Notes: a model not told the origin generated them from the sequence alone. A stretch of 64,000 nt of DNA from Balanoglossus misakiensis (GCA_040954595.2 CM082584.2:4344110-4408109), one strand, 5' to 3'. Counted from the stretch's first letter, positions 27,301 to 40,344 are shown. Numbers and translations: made by a program.

Positions 27301-30300
27301 GTTGTAAGTACAGGTTTTGAATTTCACCTGATATAAGATTAAATCAATTAAACGTGAAAGGTTAGTAATACTATAGACTAAAATCCAGCTAAATTTGAAA
27401 ACTTGCCATCCGTTGGTCCGGATTGGGGGTTGTCGTATTCAAATTAAGGCAGTCGATTCCATGGCTACATGTACAAACAAATTAAACAGAAATTCCATGG
27501 AAACCATGTACACTACGTGCCTACAGATTGTACGCCAAGGTTTTAAATGACTGGTGCCAGGCTAGTAACAATATGGATGTAAACAAAAACGAGGCAGTAT
27601 GTGAAGTCAGTTTTATTTAGACCGTTAAATTAGACCGGGTCGCGTTTCACAGCTTAGACACCATGTCATATGCCTTGCTCCATGTTAATCAAACAAGTAA
27701 TAAAAAAATCGGGCGCAAAGGCCAAGTAGCCGACAAAATATGCAAATGATATGAAAGCTTCTATGATGATGATGGGGTGGGGGGGGGGGGCTAGTGGGAG
27801 TTGGAGTGGGAACTGCACGGGGCCCTGCCTGTTTGTAGTTAGTTGCAAAGTTACATTTCTGTTCTTTGTTCCTGACTATGCTTTTCAATTGGAAACGTCG
27901 TATCACGATCGACGCTGTTATCAGAAAAGAAAACAATAGGAGCAACTTTGTACCCGGCACACCTATATTCCTTTGTGTAAATTAGCTGTTTCCATGGTGC
28001 ACTTTAAAAACAGAACACACCATTGGTTCGAAATATAGTTATACACATTATATCACAATTTGGGATGCAAAATGAAAAAAAATATATGAGAGTTCATCAT
28101 TTTGATTTGTTATTCCATAAATTTGAACACTATCAATCTTTATATATCGCCGTACCGTGTGCAGCGTCAATTTCTCATGTACATTGTATATTGTTACAAC
28201 GTTGGCGACTGTTGTGTTTGATTACCACCCGAAATTTTGATTACCACCCGAAATCCCATCGTCCGCTCACACGGGTTGTTGCAAGACATTGGCGGGCGAA
28301 GATGTTTCACGTTTCCGAATTGATAAAATAAATTTAAACTTGGACTCTGTCTCGGTTGTTGCATTGTCTTCGTTCACGTTTTTGTCATGAAAAGCGATCA
28401 TAAATTACCAAACTGTTGAAAAATGCGCAGCAAACTAGACTGGGACTTATAAAACTTACCTGCAGTATGTCGACGTCGTCTTAGTACAAGTCAAATGAGA
28501 CTTTGTTAACAATAGCACACGTTTTATGTACTAGTATCAGTGAGCAATAAATTATCTACGAACAATATGTATATTAATTATTATGTCACATACCCGATTG
28601 GTTACTCCGAAGGATCAACCATTTTATGTAGGGTATCCAAGATCGTTTTTATAGCCCTTTATTAGGAGGAAGTTGATGTAATTATATGTAAGTTTTTGTG
28701 GAGTTGACATTTAGAAAAGAGTTGTAAGTACAGGTTTTGAATTTCACCTGATATAAGATTAAATCAATTAAACGCGAAAGGTTAGTAATACTATAGACTA
28801 AAATCCAGCTAAATTTGAAAACTTGCCATCCGTTGGTCCGGATTGGGGGTTGTCGTATTCAAATTAAGGCAGTCGATTCCATGGCTACATTTACAAACAA
28901 ATTAAACAGAAATTCCATGGAAACCATGTACACTACGTGCCTACAGATTGTACGCCAAGGTTTTAAATGACTGGTGCCAGGCTAGTAACAATATGGATGT
29001 AAACAAAAACGAGGCAGTATGTGAAGTCAGTTTTATTTAGACCGTTAAATTAGACCGGGTCGCGTTTCACAGCTTAGACACCATGTCATATGCCTTGCTC
29101 CATGTTAATCAAACAAGTAATTAAAAAATCGGGCGCAAAGGCCAAGTAGCCGACAAAATATGCAAATGATATGAAAGCTTCTATGATGATGATGGGGTGG
29201 GGGGGGGGGGGGCTAGTGGGAGTTGGAGTGGGAACTGCACGGGGCCCTGCCTGTTTGTAGTTAGTTGCAAAGTTACATTTCTGTTCTTTGTTCCTGACTA
29301 TGCTTTTCAATTGGAAACGTCGTATCACGATCGACGCTGTTATCAGAAAAGAAAACAATAGGAGCAACTTTGTACCCGGCACACCTATATTCCTTTGTGT
29401 AAATTAGCTGTTTCCATGGTGCACTTTAAAAACAGAACACACCATTGGTTCGAAATATAGTTATACACATTATATCACAATTTGGGATGCAAAATGAAAA
29501 AAAAAATATGAGAGTTCATCATTTTGATTTGTTATTCCATAAATTTGAACACTATCAATCTTTATATATCGCCGTACCGTGTGCGGCGTCAATTTCTCAT
29601 GTACATTGTATATTGTTACAACGTTGGCGACTGTTGTGTTTGAAGACGTCAATTTGTCTTTAACGTTACCATTTGAGAAAAATCCGACAGGGCAGTAAAA
29701 TTCCATGACAAAATTTCCAAAACGGGTATACCCCTAATGAACCCCTTGGTTTGAAAAACGATTGATTTCCCATTTTTCTTATGTACCTTCATAATGCAAT
29801 AGTCAACATTGGCAATGCCTTGGATATCTTCTGAAATTCAGTGTCTTGCAGCATTTTTATCCAGTAATATAATTTATATCGGCGCATTTTGATTACCACC
29901 CGAAATCCCATCGTCCGCTCACAAGGGTTGTTGCAAGACATTGGCGGGCGAAGATGTTTCACGTTTCCGAATTGATAAAATAAATTTAAACTTGGACTCT
30001 GTCTCGGTTGTTGCATTGTCTTCGTTCACGTTTTTGTCATGAAAAGCGATCATAAATTACCAAACTGTTGAAAAATGCGCAGCAAACTAGACTGGGACTT
30101 ATAAAACTTACCTGCAGTATGTCGACGTCGTCTTAGTACAAGTCAAATGAGACTTTGTTAACAATAGCACACGTTTTATGTACTAGTATCAGTGAGCAAT
30201 AAATTATCTACGAACAATATGTATATTAATTATTATGTCACATACCCGATTGGTTACTCCGAAGGATCAACCATTTTATGTAGGGTATCCAAGATCGTTT

Positions 30301-32572
30301 TTATAGCCCTTTATTAGGAGGAAGTTGATGTAATTATATGTAAGTTTTTGTGGAGTTGACATTTAGAAAAGAGTTGTAAGTACAGGTTTTGAATTTCACC
30401 TGATATAAGATTAAATCAATTAAACGTGAAAGGTTAGTAATACTATAGACTAAAATCCAGCTAAATTTGAAAACTTGCCATCCGTTGGTCCGGATTGGGG
30501 GTTGTCGTATTCAAATTAAGGCAGTCGATTCCATGGCTACATGTACAAACAAATTAAACAGAAATTCCATGGAAACCATGTACACTACGTGCCTACAGAT
30601 TGTACGCCAAGGTTTTAAATGACTGGTGCCAGGCTAGTAACAATATGGATGTAAACAAAAACGAGGCAGTATGTGAAGTCAGTTTTATTTAGACCGTTAA
30701 ATTAGACCGGGTCGCGTTTCACAGCTTAGACACCATGTCATATGCCTTGCTCCATGTTAATCAAACAAGTAATTAAAAAATCGGGCGCAAAGGCCAAGTA
30801 GCCGACAAAATATGCAAATGATATGAAAGCTTCTATGATGATGATGGGGTGGGGGGGGGGGGGGGGGCTAGTGGGAGTTGGAGTGGGAACTGCACGGGGC
30901 CCTGCCTGTTTGTAGTTAGTTGCAAAGTTACATTTCTGTTCTTTGTTCCTGACTATGCTTTTCAATTGGAAACGTCGTATCACGATCGACGCTGTTATCA
31001 GAAAAGAAAACAATAGGAGCAACTTTGTACCCGGCACACCTATATTCCTTTGTGTAAATTAGCTGTTTCCATGGTGCACTTTAAAAACAGAACACACCAT
31101 TGGTTCGAAATATAGTTATACACATTATATCACAATTTGGGATGCAAAATGAAAAAAAAAATATGAGAGTTCATCATTTTGATTTGTTATTCCATAAATT
31201 TGAACACTATCAATCTTTATATATCGCCGTACCGTGTGCGGCGTCAATTTCTCATGTACATTGTATATTGTTACAACGTTGGCGACTGTTGTGTTTGAAG
31301 ACGTCAATTTGTCTTTAACGTTACCATTTGAGAAAAATCCGACAGGGCAGTAAAATTCCATGACAAAATTTCCAAAACGGGTATACCCCTAATGAACCCC
31401 TTGGTTTGAAAAACGATTGATTTCCCATTTTTCTTATGTACCTTCATAATGCAATAGTCAACATTGGCAATGCCTTGGATATCTTCTGAAATTCAGTGTC
31501 TTGCAGCATTTTTATCCAGTAATATAATTTATATCGGCGCATTTTGATTACCACCCGAAATCCCATCGTCCGCTCACAAGGGTTGTTGCAAGACATTGGC
31601 GGGCGAAGATGTTTCACGTTTCCGAATTGATAAAATAAATTTAAACTTGGACTCTGTCTCGGTTGTTGCATTGTCTTCGTTCACGTTTTTGTCATGAAAA
31701 GCGATCATAAATTACCAAACTGTTGAAAAATGCGCAGCAAACTAGACTGGGACTTATAAAACTTACCTGCAGTATGTCGACGTCGTCTTAGTACAAGTCA
31801 AATGAGACTTTGTTAACAATAGCACACGTTTTATGTACTAGTATCAGTGAGCAATAAATTATCTACGAACAATATGTATATTAATTATTATGTCACATAC
31901 CCGATTGGTTACTCCGAAGGATCAACCATTTTATGTAGGGTATCCAAGATCGTTTTTATAGCCCTTTATTAGGAGGAAGTTGATGTAATTATATGTAAGT
32001 TTTTGTGGAGTTGACATTTAGAAAAGAGTTGTAAGTACAGGTTTTGAATTTCACCTGATATAAGATTAAATCAATTAAACGTGAAAGGTTAGTAATACTA
32101 TAGACTAAAATCCAGCTAAATTTGAAAACTTGCCATCCGTTGGTCCGGATTGGGGGTTGTCGTATTCAAATTAAGGCAGTCGATTCCATGGCTACATGTA
32201 CAAACAAATTAAACAGAAATTCCATGGAAACCATGTACACTACGTGCCTACAGATTGTACGCCAAGGTTTTAAATGACTGGTGCCAGGCTAGTAACAATA
32301 TGGATGTAAACAAAAACGAGGCAGTATGTGAAGTCAGTTTTATTTAGACCGTTAAATTAGACCGGGTCGCGTTTCACAGCTTAGACACCATGTCATATGC
32401 CTTGCTCCATGTTAATCAAACAAGTAATAAAAAAATCGGGCGCAAAGGCCAAGTAGCCGACAAAATATGCAAATGATATGAAAGCTTCTATGATGATGAT
32501 GGGGTGGGGAGCTAGTGGGAGTTGGAGTGGGAACTGCACGGTGCCCTGTGTGTAGTTAGTTGCAAAGTTACA
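9395..32572. repeat. Composite higher-order array: 12 copies of a ~1.5-kb block, separated by a partial satellite monomer plus 0-4 full monomers
   Basis: Marker ORF starts at 9405, 12069, 14230, 16394, 18282, 20172, 22322, 24229, 26373, 28023, 29445 and 31100. Spacings are 2664, 2161, 2164, 1888, 1890, 2150, 1907, 2144, 1650, 1422 and 1655. Confidence 0.97.
10807..10845 (+). other. G-rich tract / potential G-quadruplex, repeated near the end of every block, length-variable poly-G
   Basis: ggggt-G(n)-ctagtgggagttggagtggg. The G-run length differs between copies. Confidence 0.6.
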
Positions 32573-32586
32573 CTAACTTGCAACTA
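32557..32586. other. Hairpin (13-bp stem with one bulge, 3-nt loop) marking the amplification breakpoint
   Basis: tagttgcaaagtta-cac-taacttgcaacta. Amplified copies keep only the left arm plus 'ca', then join the satellite. Confidence 0.85.
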
Positions 32587-32619
32587 CGATGTACAATGTA
32601 CATGTATGCGGACAAATCC

Positions 32620-32911
32620 CTAGCACATTCTTTTAGCTTCAGGGCTGTACTGTACATCGACCAGGTCGGCATGCTGTGCGTGGAGACAAGGTTGCGACGA
32701 ATACCCGTTCATTGTGATTTTGCCCACGCTTCTGGCGTCGGCCGGGCTTCCAATGTTCATTTTCAACGCATGGGGGGGGGGGGGTGATATCGCGTTTCTT
32801 TGTCGGAGCATGCGTCATTGTAGTAATGGCACATGTTGTTAATCCCGTTTTCTGGTAGTATATAGCCGTACACGTCAACCACTTTACATAACGGTAGCAT
32901 TAGTTGCACGC
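32620..32911 (-). pseudogene. ST6GAL: ST6Gal-like last exon (frameshift at G13 run, 32772-32784)
   Basis: Acceptor ccacag|GC. Reads GVQLMLPLCKVVDVYGYILPENGINNMCHYYNDACSDKETRYHPPPPMR*; homology continues in another frame (HALKMNIG...). Confidence 0.85.
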
Positions 32912-33020
32912 CTGTGGGTAAACATTTACATACATCATGAGGCTGATTTCTCCAGTATAATAGGTCATGTTAGGTCAGTTGGTCAGTAGTTCAGAGGTCA
33001 CGAGATCCCACCGCCGGCAA

Positions 33021-33340
33021 TTAAGCAATAAAACACCCCCAGCCATGGTATACCACTCGATTTTGACCAGTTCACGACATATACGCACAAGCGATAGCGA
33101 GTGCATATATGGAGTTGAACTGGTCAAAATCGAGTGGTATACCATGGCTGGGGGTGTTTAATATATTATACCAGTATATTGAAACTTTGCATAAAACAAT
33201 TTTGAAAAGGCATTTTCTTTGACTATGAGTTTGGCGTGATATATGACTGTGGTATATGACGAATATATCATAGTCACGTGTCGTGTCTCAGCCAATAAAA
33301 TAGCGTGATTTACACCATCAATATACTGGTATAATATAAT
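33021..33340. mobile_element. Second copy of the palindromic non-autonomous element, inside an ST6Gal intron
   Basis: Near-identical to 3586-3911, with the same termini (ttaagcaata...ataatataat). Confidence 0.85.
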
Positions 33341-34025
33341 ATTCGATAACAGCGACGATAGCGAGAGACTTCTAAACGCTTTGCTCTTCTGACGATACTA
33401 GTGAAGAATGACAAAATGACGTGCCGAAATTAAGACTAATCACCACGTTTTGGCGATCGCAATGCCGGGTCGCGAAGCTCAGCTCTATCGTTCATCGAGT
33501 CCAATGTTCACAACAAGCATAAAGTAGTTCCCGTGTATAGGCCGATGCACTCATAGTGATGACCAGGTGATTAGTTTACAACGTGCCGTAAAGAAACTGT
33601 TATGAGAAAACTATCGGTATATGTGATACATGAATGTGGTTTTTATTAACATTGAATGGAATGGCAAAGGGAATATAAAATGAAGCAAAGTTTTTATTTT
33701 AACACGTTTTCAACAGGGACTATTTTATCTCATTTGCATACCTCTCGCAAAAAATGCCGGTTTCATTTTACTGGCAACAACGCCAGTTGTTTGGTACTGT
33801 GGATGTACAAACTCATTTCCGTAATGCGGCTGTAGAACAAGGCAAATGGTCAATCTCGGGTTAATTTTGACAAACGCATTTTACACGTTCGTTAGGCTAT
33901 ATACATCTAAGGCGTAGATTTAATATCGTCAACCTTTGCTTTTGATGATGCGCTCTTTATTAGGAAGCCAACCACGTGTGTCACGTGCTTTCCAAAAAGA
34001 GGTGAAGCGAAATAAAATTCCTCAC

Positions 34026-34197
34026 CAACGAATCCTGATGAAGGTGTGTGTCCAATAATTGGCCTTTCACAGTATTCCTGAATAACGTCCCAGCCTCGCC
34101 AGAGTGATGTCGGATTGATGACGTACATAGTCTTGTCAGGGTGATTCAACCTCCAAGAGATGTACCCCTTCAGAAATTGCAAGCTGTCCCTGGCCCA
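34026..34197 (-). pseudogene. ST6GAL: ST6Gal-like exon 3 (open, phase 0 to phase 1)
   Basis: tgtcag|TGG ... GTTG|gtgag. Reads WARDSLQFLKGYISWRLNHPDKTMYVINPTSLWRGWDVIQEYCERPIIGHTPSSGFVG, matching the ST6Gal P..FYIL.P..W.LWD.IQE..PPSSG.LG pattern. Confidence 0.88.
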
Positions 34198-34337
34198 CTG
34201 ACAAATTGAAAAGACGGAGATAAAGAAACATAAAACTATAGTCATTGGATTCCACTATTGACAGGTTCTTAGCATACAAAAATAACATTCATGATAATTT
34301 GGACTGTGCTCAGGTTTCATGTATGAAAATTGCTTAC

Positions 34338-34530
34338 TTTAGCAGCGAGGTTTCAATCATATTATGAGACAAAAGTCGTCTCACAACAAAACTGTTCCTA
34401 TTTCCTCTCAATTAACGTTTCAATATTACCATCCAATATATTTAGCTTGACGACACAATAATTAATCGGTAACAGTAACGAACATCACCATAAAACGTTA
34501 CTTTCGTGGCATGGAGGAACACTGCCACGT
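34338..34530 (-). pseudogene. Candidate degraded ST6Gal exon 2 (rest of sialylmotif L)
   Basis: Remnants AVFLHA..FYGDVRYCYRLII and GTVLL*DD (compare DVG.KTT.RL.N and GILIVWDP), then a phase-0 donor AAA|gtaagc. Contains stops and frameshifts. Confidence 0.4.
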
Positions 34531-34922
34531 AGAATGGAAACCCATGGGCGTACTTCAATATATATTTGGTTGGGATGTCCGCACTATCTGGCTGAAACTT
34601 TACCCGTACACAGCTATGTCTTTATTAAACGTTTGTGGATGTTTGTGGCTGGTACGCAGTTCCTTCTGTCATCCACCAATTTATTTATTTATTTACACAT
34701 TAAAGGATTTCCTATTTACATACTCAAATAGGGGTAGAGACCCCTGTAAGGGTGTAATCTACCATGGGGTCCTACTAAAAAGTATAAAAATAAAAATTTA
34801 AAACAGAAAAATACACCCATGCGCCCATCCTATCCAACCCATTTCAACCATCGCACTAACCATCCACATAATGCCACACTAACTGATTTTTACTTAATAA
34901 TTACCCACCCTATTACGCTTAC

Positions 34923-35526
34923 CGATTTCGGATCCAAAATTAGAATTTTTCAAACTGCGGCCACTTCCAACCACTGCGCACGTATCATATTTGGGGACCG
35001 ATCCAAGGAGATCGGCGACGGGGAAAAACTGCGCCAGGCCGAGTTCTCGTAGTGGGCTGGTATGTTGATCCAGAACACTGATGAACGCCTTTGTCTGCAT
35101 CGTACATAGGACATCGGCTGCGTTTTCAGTTCTGTTTGTGTGCACCCGGCAACCGGTGCGGTTTTGGGACTGTGGATATTTTTCAAGAGATTTGTTGAAC
35201 ATGTTCTCATAGTGCTCCAGGTACGACCTTATTATCTGGTTCGGGTTGTTCAGTGCTGTATCGAGGTTCTTGATGATGGTGGCCTGCCTGCCGGGTATAA
35301 ACGCAGCTGAGACGACTTCGCTGACCAAACCATGGGATTTGCGCATATGAGAATGTTTGTTGAGACTCTGTCCAACAGACGGCTGCGCACACTTGTCCGA
35401 TATACTCCTTTCAGAATGATCTGTCATCGCAAAAATCAAGACGTAGCCCAGGCAAACTAGAAATCCAAGTCGTTCCAGAGTGGCACGTCTAGTTCTGAAT
35501 GTCCGCCGAGTTGATATGTTCGGCAT
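34923..35526 (-). pseudogene. ST6GAL: ST6Gal-like exon 1 (cytoplasmic tail, TM, stem, start of sialylmotif L), open reading frame
   Basis: ATG at 35526; about 201 uninterrupted codons; donor GAAATCG|gtaagc at the usual phase-1 position in motif L. Confidence 0.88.
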
Positions 35527-36309
35527 AGCGAGGCAAAGCCTTAGCCTATATGGCAACGTTGCTGGAACTGTGTTGGCAATGTGACTGATTCTAGCAAATC
35601 ACAACACAGCATGAGCATGGGGTGTGTTATAATGTACTTTACTAGTAGTAAGCTTCCATTAATGACTCAAACTGTAGCTACCCGTTAGTATTAAAACTCA
35701 CTAACTGGTTGGTCAGGCTTTAGTGTTGTTGACACTATTTTAGCAAATATGAAGGAGATGGCATTTTGTTTTTTGTGGCTTTTGCCTTTTGAATTTCTGT
35801 GATTTTCGGTATTTTTGTGATTTGTCTGGGCACAGAAATTGTATGTATGACTGTTAGTTTTTCCGTGGGTACCCAACCTTTTGTGACTGCACACAGCCTT
35901 GAGAAGTGTGCGACACAACGTTTGAACATGCAGAATAGGTAGTGTTGTAAACTGGCCTCTGGTGGGCCCATATTGACTAGCGGATGTGCTGTTGCAAGGG
36001 TATGAGCCATTCCACTTCTGACATGGGTAAAAGTTGGGCTGTTGAAATGTTTACAGAAAACCATACATGCAAGTACATGCTATGTAATTTTCATTCCAAT
36101 GTATTGCCAGAAAATAAAAAAAACCTCAATTTTACAATTAAACTCAGACAATTGTTTGATGGTGGTAACAATATCAGCAATAATCATGTCCTACAGTGTG
36201 TTGATATCAACTCCATGTTGACAGCAGACAGTGTGGGCTGTACATTTGTAGATTCATCAGTTTGAAATTCCATCATAAATGTCATCATGGCATTTATAGT
36301 TAAGCTTTG

Positions 36310-36640
36310 ATTTTTTAGGTCCCATTTGTATAGGTATATATACCATGGGACCTTATGGGATAGGTTGCATCTGTATGTATGTATGGATGGATGGATGTAT
36401 GTCTGTATATCCGTCCACATCAAAAACTTGAAAACCGCTGCGCGTATCACCTCAATATTTGGTGTGTAGGTGCAGGCAGGGCTGTAGATGGGAGTTTGTT
36501 CAAATGAAGGTGTCATTGCCAAAAATTTGTAAATTAGCTGGAAAAATGTGAATTTGAGCAAAACTCAGTAACTCAAGAACTACTGGTCAGATTGCTTTGC
36601 AAAGTGGTGTGTATTTACTTTATTGGGTTGTTTTAATTAG
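36310..36640 (+). mobile_element. Helentron-associated (HINE/DINE-1-like) non-autonomous element fragment
   Basis: T-run start, short IR aggtcccat...atgggacct, then a (TGTA/TGGA)n microsatellite. This layout is typical of such elements; boundaries approximate. Confidence 0.5.
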
Positions 36641-39600
36641 GCAAGAACTCCCCTCTGTGATTCATATAAACACAGCAAATTCCTGAATGATTACGTAACT
36701 GGCTAAGTTTTAAAGAGGCCAGCGGTTCTATTTAGTGTATGTACAGTATATATGCCATTGGCAGCTTATGGGTCAGTCAGTGTTTGCCCATTGATCTCTC
36801 GCTATGTGTGTGTGTGTCTGTCTGTCTGTAAATGGCTAGTACTCCGGTGTAGACTTTTTCTTGTGTAATCCCTCAATGGGACCACCGTGTCCTTGACGCG
36901 ATTTTTTTATCTCTGGTCTGCAAAGGTCACAGAATCAGCATGACCTGACTGTATAGCGCCCTCTATCGCCATTGCAAATTCTCTTGTTTTTCTTGCGGCA
37001 AATAAGTGGTGTACTATTCTCAAAATGAGCATACAGTAATGGTGTTTATTTGAATGTTACCAAGATCTGAAATAAACTGCACTGTTGCAACAACTGGTGC
37101 AGGAAGTGGATTTTCTGCCTGTGACTTTCATTTCTTGGTTTTCTGAAATTAAACAAAAATAGGGTGCAACAGCCTGTAACCCCAATTAGGACAATGATGA
37201 CATACAAATGTAAATAGATGCGGTGCATTTAATCAAGACAACTCACAAACCAAGTGGCACTCTCAGTACAATATTTTTGCACCCATTTTCCTTATTTTTA
37301 ATGTTTCTCTTTGTACTTATGTGATCAAACGTCTTCTCGTGTAAAGAGTATTTTTGTTGATCAGCTTAGTCTGCAAATAAAATAGTATTTGTCTCAAACA
37401 GTACATTATGTCATGTCATGTTATGTTTGTGATGGTGTACTGTGCTGCACTTTATTGTGCTACCATGTTGAGTTGAAAATGTACTTTGTACAAGAAGTTA
37501 TCTGTGCCCATGCATAGCCACAATTTTGAAGTCAGGGTACACCAGACATCACATGCTTGGACACTCTTAAACAAAGGGAAACTCTCTGACAAAATAAATA
37601 CTAAAGAACTGTGCTTCTGATAACATGGTTTGAATAGTTAGGCTAAATGGGCAGCTAAAAATTGTGTTTTTAGAATGTGAGTCTTACTGTAACTGTTATA
37701 AGGCCATTCATAACACTTCATATTAAGGTGGTTATGTCATTGTTCTACATTTCTCTCTCTCTCTAGCTAGGTCATCCTTAAACATATCACAATATTATTG
37801 TATTTTTGTGCTAATTCTCCAAATGTGGCTTAGAAAATTTCAAGGTCGGCCTGAAAAAATTAGGACAGACTTGCCTTGTGTACACTGGTATCCAGGCCAA
37901 CCATATTGTACATCACCAACTTAGACTGTCGACAGCAACTTGTGCTGTTTCGACCTTTGTTATGCATACTATATAACTGTGAAGTTATTTTTATACATGT
38001 ACAGCTGCCACAGGCTTGCACCTTTGCTCTCAACATCCCGCTTATGCTGTGTAAATCATCTATTCTGATGATATAGTGCCTGCGTTGCAAATTTATTAGA
38101 CAAAGTAGGCGTGAGCGACTGCTGACAGTCTACAAAACCTGTGCATGACCATGCATTATATTTACCTGCTACGACACCAGTTTCTGCATGTATAACCGAT
38201 CCCACGCCAGACACACCAACTTGCTTGGATGCCTCTTCACATCGAATTCTCTCCCGGCATCCCGGTCTCACTCATAGCCATAATTTATAGCTGTTAGAAA
38301 CATAGTGATTGAAATGCAATCACAGCTGGTCTCTGACAAGAACAATTGAATGCTGCCATGGACAGTTGATTTAAATGTTTAGTGGTAAAACTCGTCAAAT
38401 AGAGGAATGGACATGTGAACGAAATTAAGACTTGTTCATTTCTTCTCTCTTCGGGAGTAACAGAGCAACATGTGAAAAGACTACCAACTGATATGGCCTG
38501 AGTAATTTGGCCGCCACGCATCTTCTCATCTGAATTTGTGTGCTCCAAGTTGACCCCTTCATTCCTACATCCGTTAACATGGTATCAACCTGACATTTAG
38601 ACAGTCAGATGATGCCAAATGGCGGTTGTGAAAGAGATAAAAAAGGGCTGGGTGGACTGAAGTTCAGTGTGACACACATTGTTTCCAGGGGCGTGGTAGG
38701 AGCAACCTTTGCAATGCGTTCATAAACCAGGCGTGGAAAATTCTTTGATGTCTCTGAAGCCACCTTTCAACGAACAGACTCTGTCATCGCCATGCTACCT
38801 TCCTAGAGCACTTACCAGGAGAGACTGTTTCAGTCAATTTTGACTCTTCGGTAACTATTTGTATGGAGGCTGATTAAATTGGTGCGGCACCGGTTAAATA
38901 TAAATAACATGTTCAAATTGCAACATACAGCCATAATCGGGCGTCGATGAGATGTTCATGTATACCTATCAGTAAGTTTATTTCAATGTATCAATCAAGT
39001 TGGAAAATAAAATCATGAAAATAATGCAGAAATAGAGGCTTTAAAGTCAAACTTGAATACTTTTATTAGCAACAACGGTACATACATGAGCTTCGCTCAG
39101 AAAACAGATAATAACGAAAATTAATCATTTATATATTCAGTGGATTTCAGAATTGCTGTTTGAGTTTGTTATCAATGTCAAGGTCACACGATGAGTGAAA
39201 GTTGGGATTTTTAACATATCATACATTGTGGTAGGCCTACGTGCTCAAATTCGATATGAAACAATTTCCTAAGACAGAACATTCGCCCCTATATATATAG
39301 TTGTGGGTTCTCAATAATTCAGGTGTTTATTTCTATGGCAACGGTTTTCACCAATACTAAGCTACATGAGATTTTTTTAAATTGAGATTTTCTGCTTTCA
39401 AAAAATATAAGGGTGACTTTGCCCCACTTGCCTCAAATGGTACGACCTGACCATATTTGTGGTCTGGCTCATATGGTACATGAATAACTGAAAACACACA
39501 GATGGTTGCCTTGGTAATTACCCATTACCAACAACATCCCTGATAAAAACATAATAATCTTCAAAGAGCAAACATATCAGGCTATTATGAAACAAGTGTC

Positions 39601-39881
39601 TGTCTTGAAATCATATAAATATCTTTTGCCGTTCACTAGATAATCAGTTTTATACAGTGTTGTAAATTTTTAAGATTTACAGTATGGTTGCTATGACAAC
39701 AACATTTTAGACAGACGGCTACTTCTGCGACATGTCCACCAAAGATTGTCAGAAAGTTCAGATTTTGAGCTTTCGAAAAATGTATGGAGGACTTTGCCGA
39801 CCAAAATTTACTAATTGTCCAATTTTAGGGGTCTGGCTTGGCGCTAGAATTCTATAATTTGCTCAGTAAATAATTCTTTAA

Positions 39882-40315
39882 GGATGAAAGCGCAGAACAT
39901 AAACTGAAAAACTGCGCACACTCGTCATTTTCCATAGGATTACATTGAGAATAGCTAGAAAACTCACTTCTTCTATAATTGTCATTTTCAAGAAATTTTA
40001 CACAAAGCTCAGTCAAATGATAATAAATTCATTTATCAAATAAAATCGTATGGTCACCGCGCTCTATTTTGAAATAAACCTCGTTAAATATTTTGCCCAT
40101 AGACAAACCATTCGTGAAAACTGCAGACTCAGCATTTTCTTCTGATCAATTATCGACTAAATTCACGCCCTTGTATTTCGAAAACAAGTGCGGTAACAAA
40201 CCCCTATATTTTATTACGGATTTTCATTATACAGACAAATGAGAAACCAAAAATCCACAATTGAAAGAAATGACTCACAGTACAATGTACTTTCAATTTT
40301 ACTGATCGTACATCC
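39882..40315. mobile_element. Kolobok-like MITE (TTAA-type site)
   Basis: ttaa|ggatgaaagcgcag ... ctgatcgtacatcc|ttat: imperfect TIR and one degenerate TSD. Confidence 0.5.
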
Positions 40316-40344
40316 TTATACACGTCAAATGAATATCCTCATTT

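Larger units (their letters stand above)
32620..35526 (-). pseudogene. ST6GAL: Beta-galactoside alpha-2,6-sialyltransferase (GT29, ST6Gal-type), probable pseudogene
   Basis: Type II TM anchor LGFLVCLGYVLIFAM; sialylmotif L start YDTCAVVGSGRSLKNSNFGSEI; motif S PSSGFVG|VQLMLPLCKVVDVYGY; motif III CHYY; C-terminus KMNIGSPADARSVGKITMNGY..C. Middle exon degraded; VS motif disrupted by a C13 run and frameshift. Confidence 0.85.

Noticed and set aside
5637-32572. CRISPR-like repeat/spacer array
   Set aside because: Repeats are ~250 bp, the interspersed blocks are near-identical rather than unique spacers, there are no cas genes, and the context is eukaryotic.
37850-38870. Possible decayed transposon coding region
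   Set aside because: Composition is slightly coding-like, but no recognisable motif and many stops; needs a blastx search.
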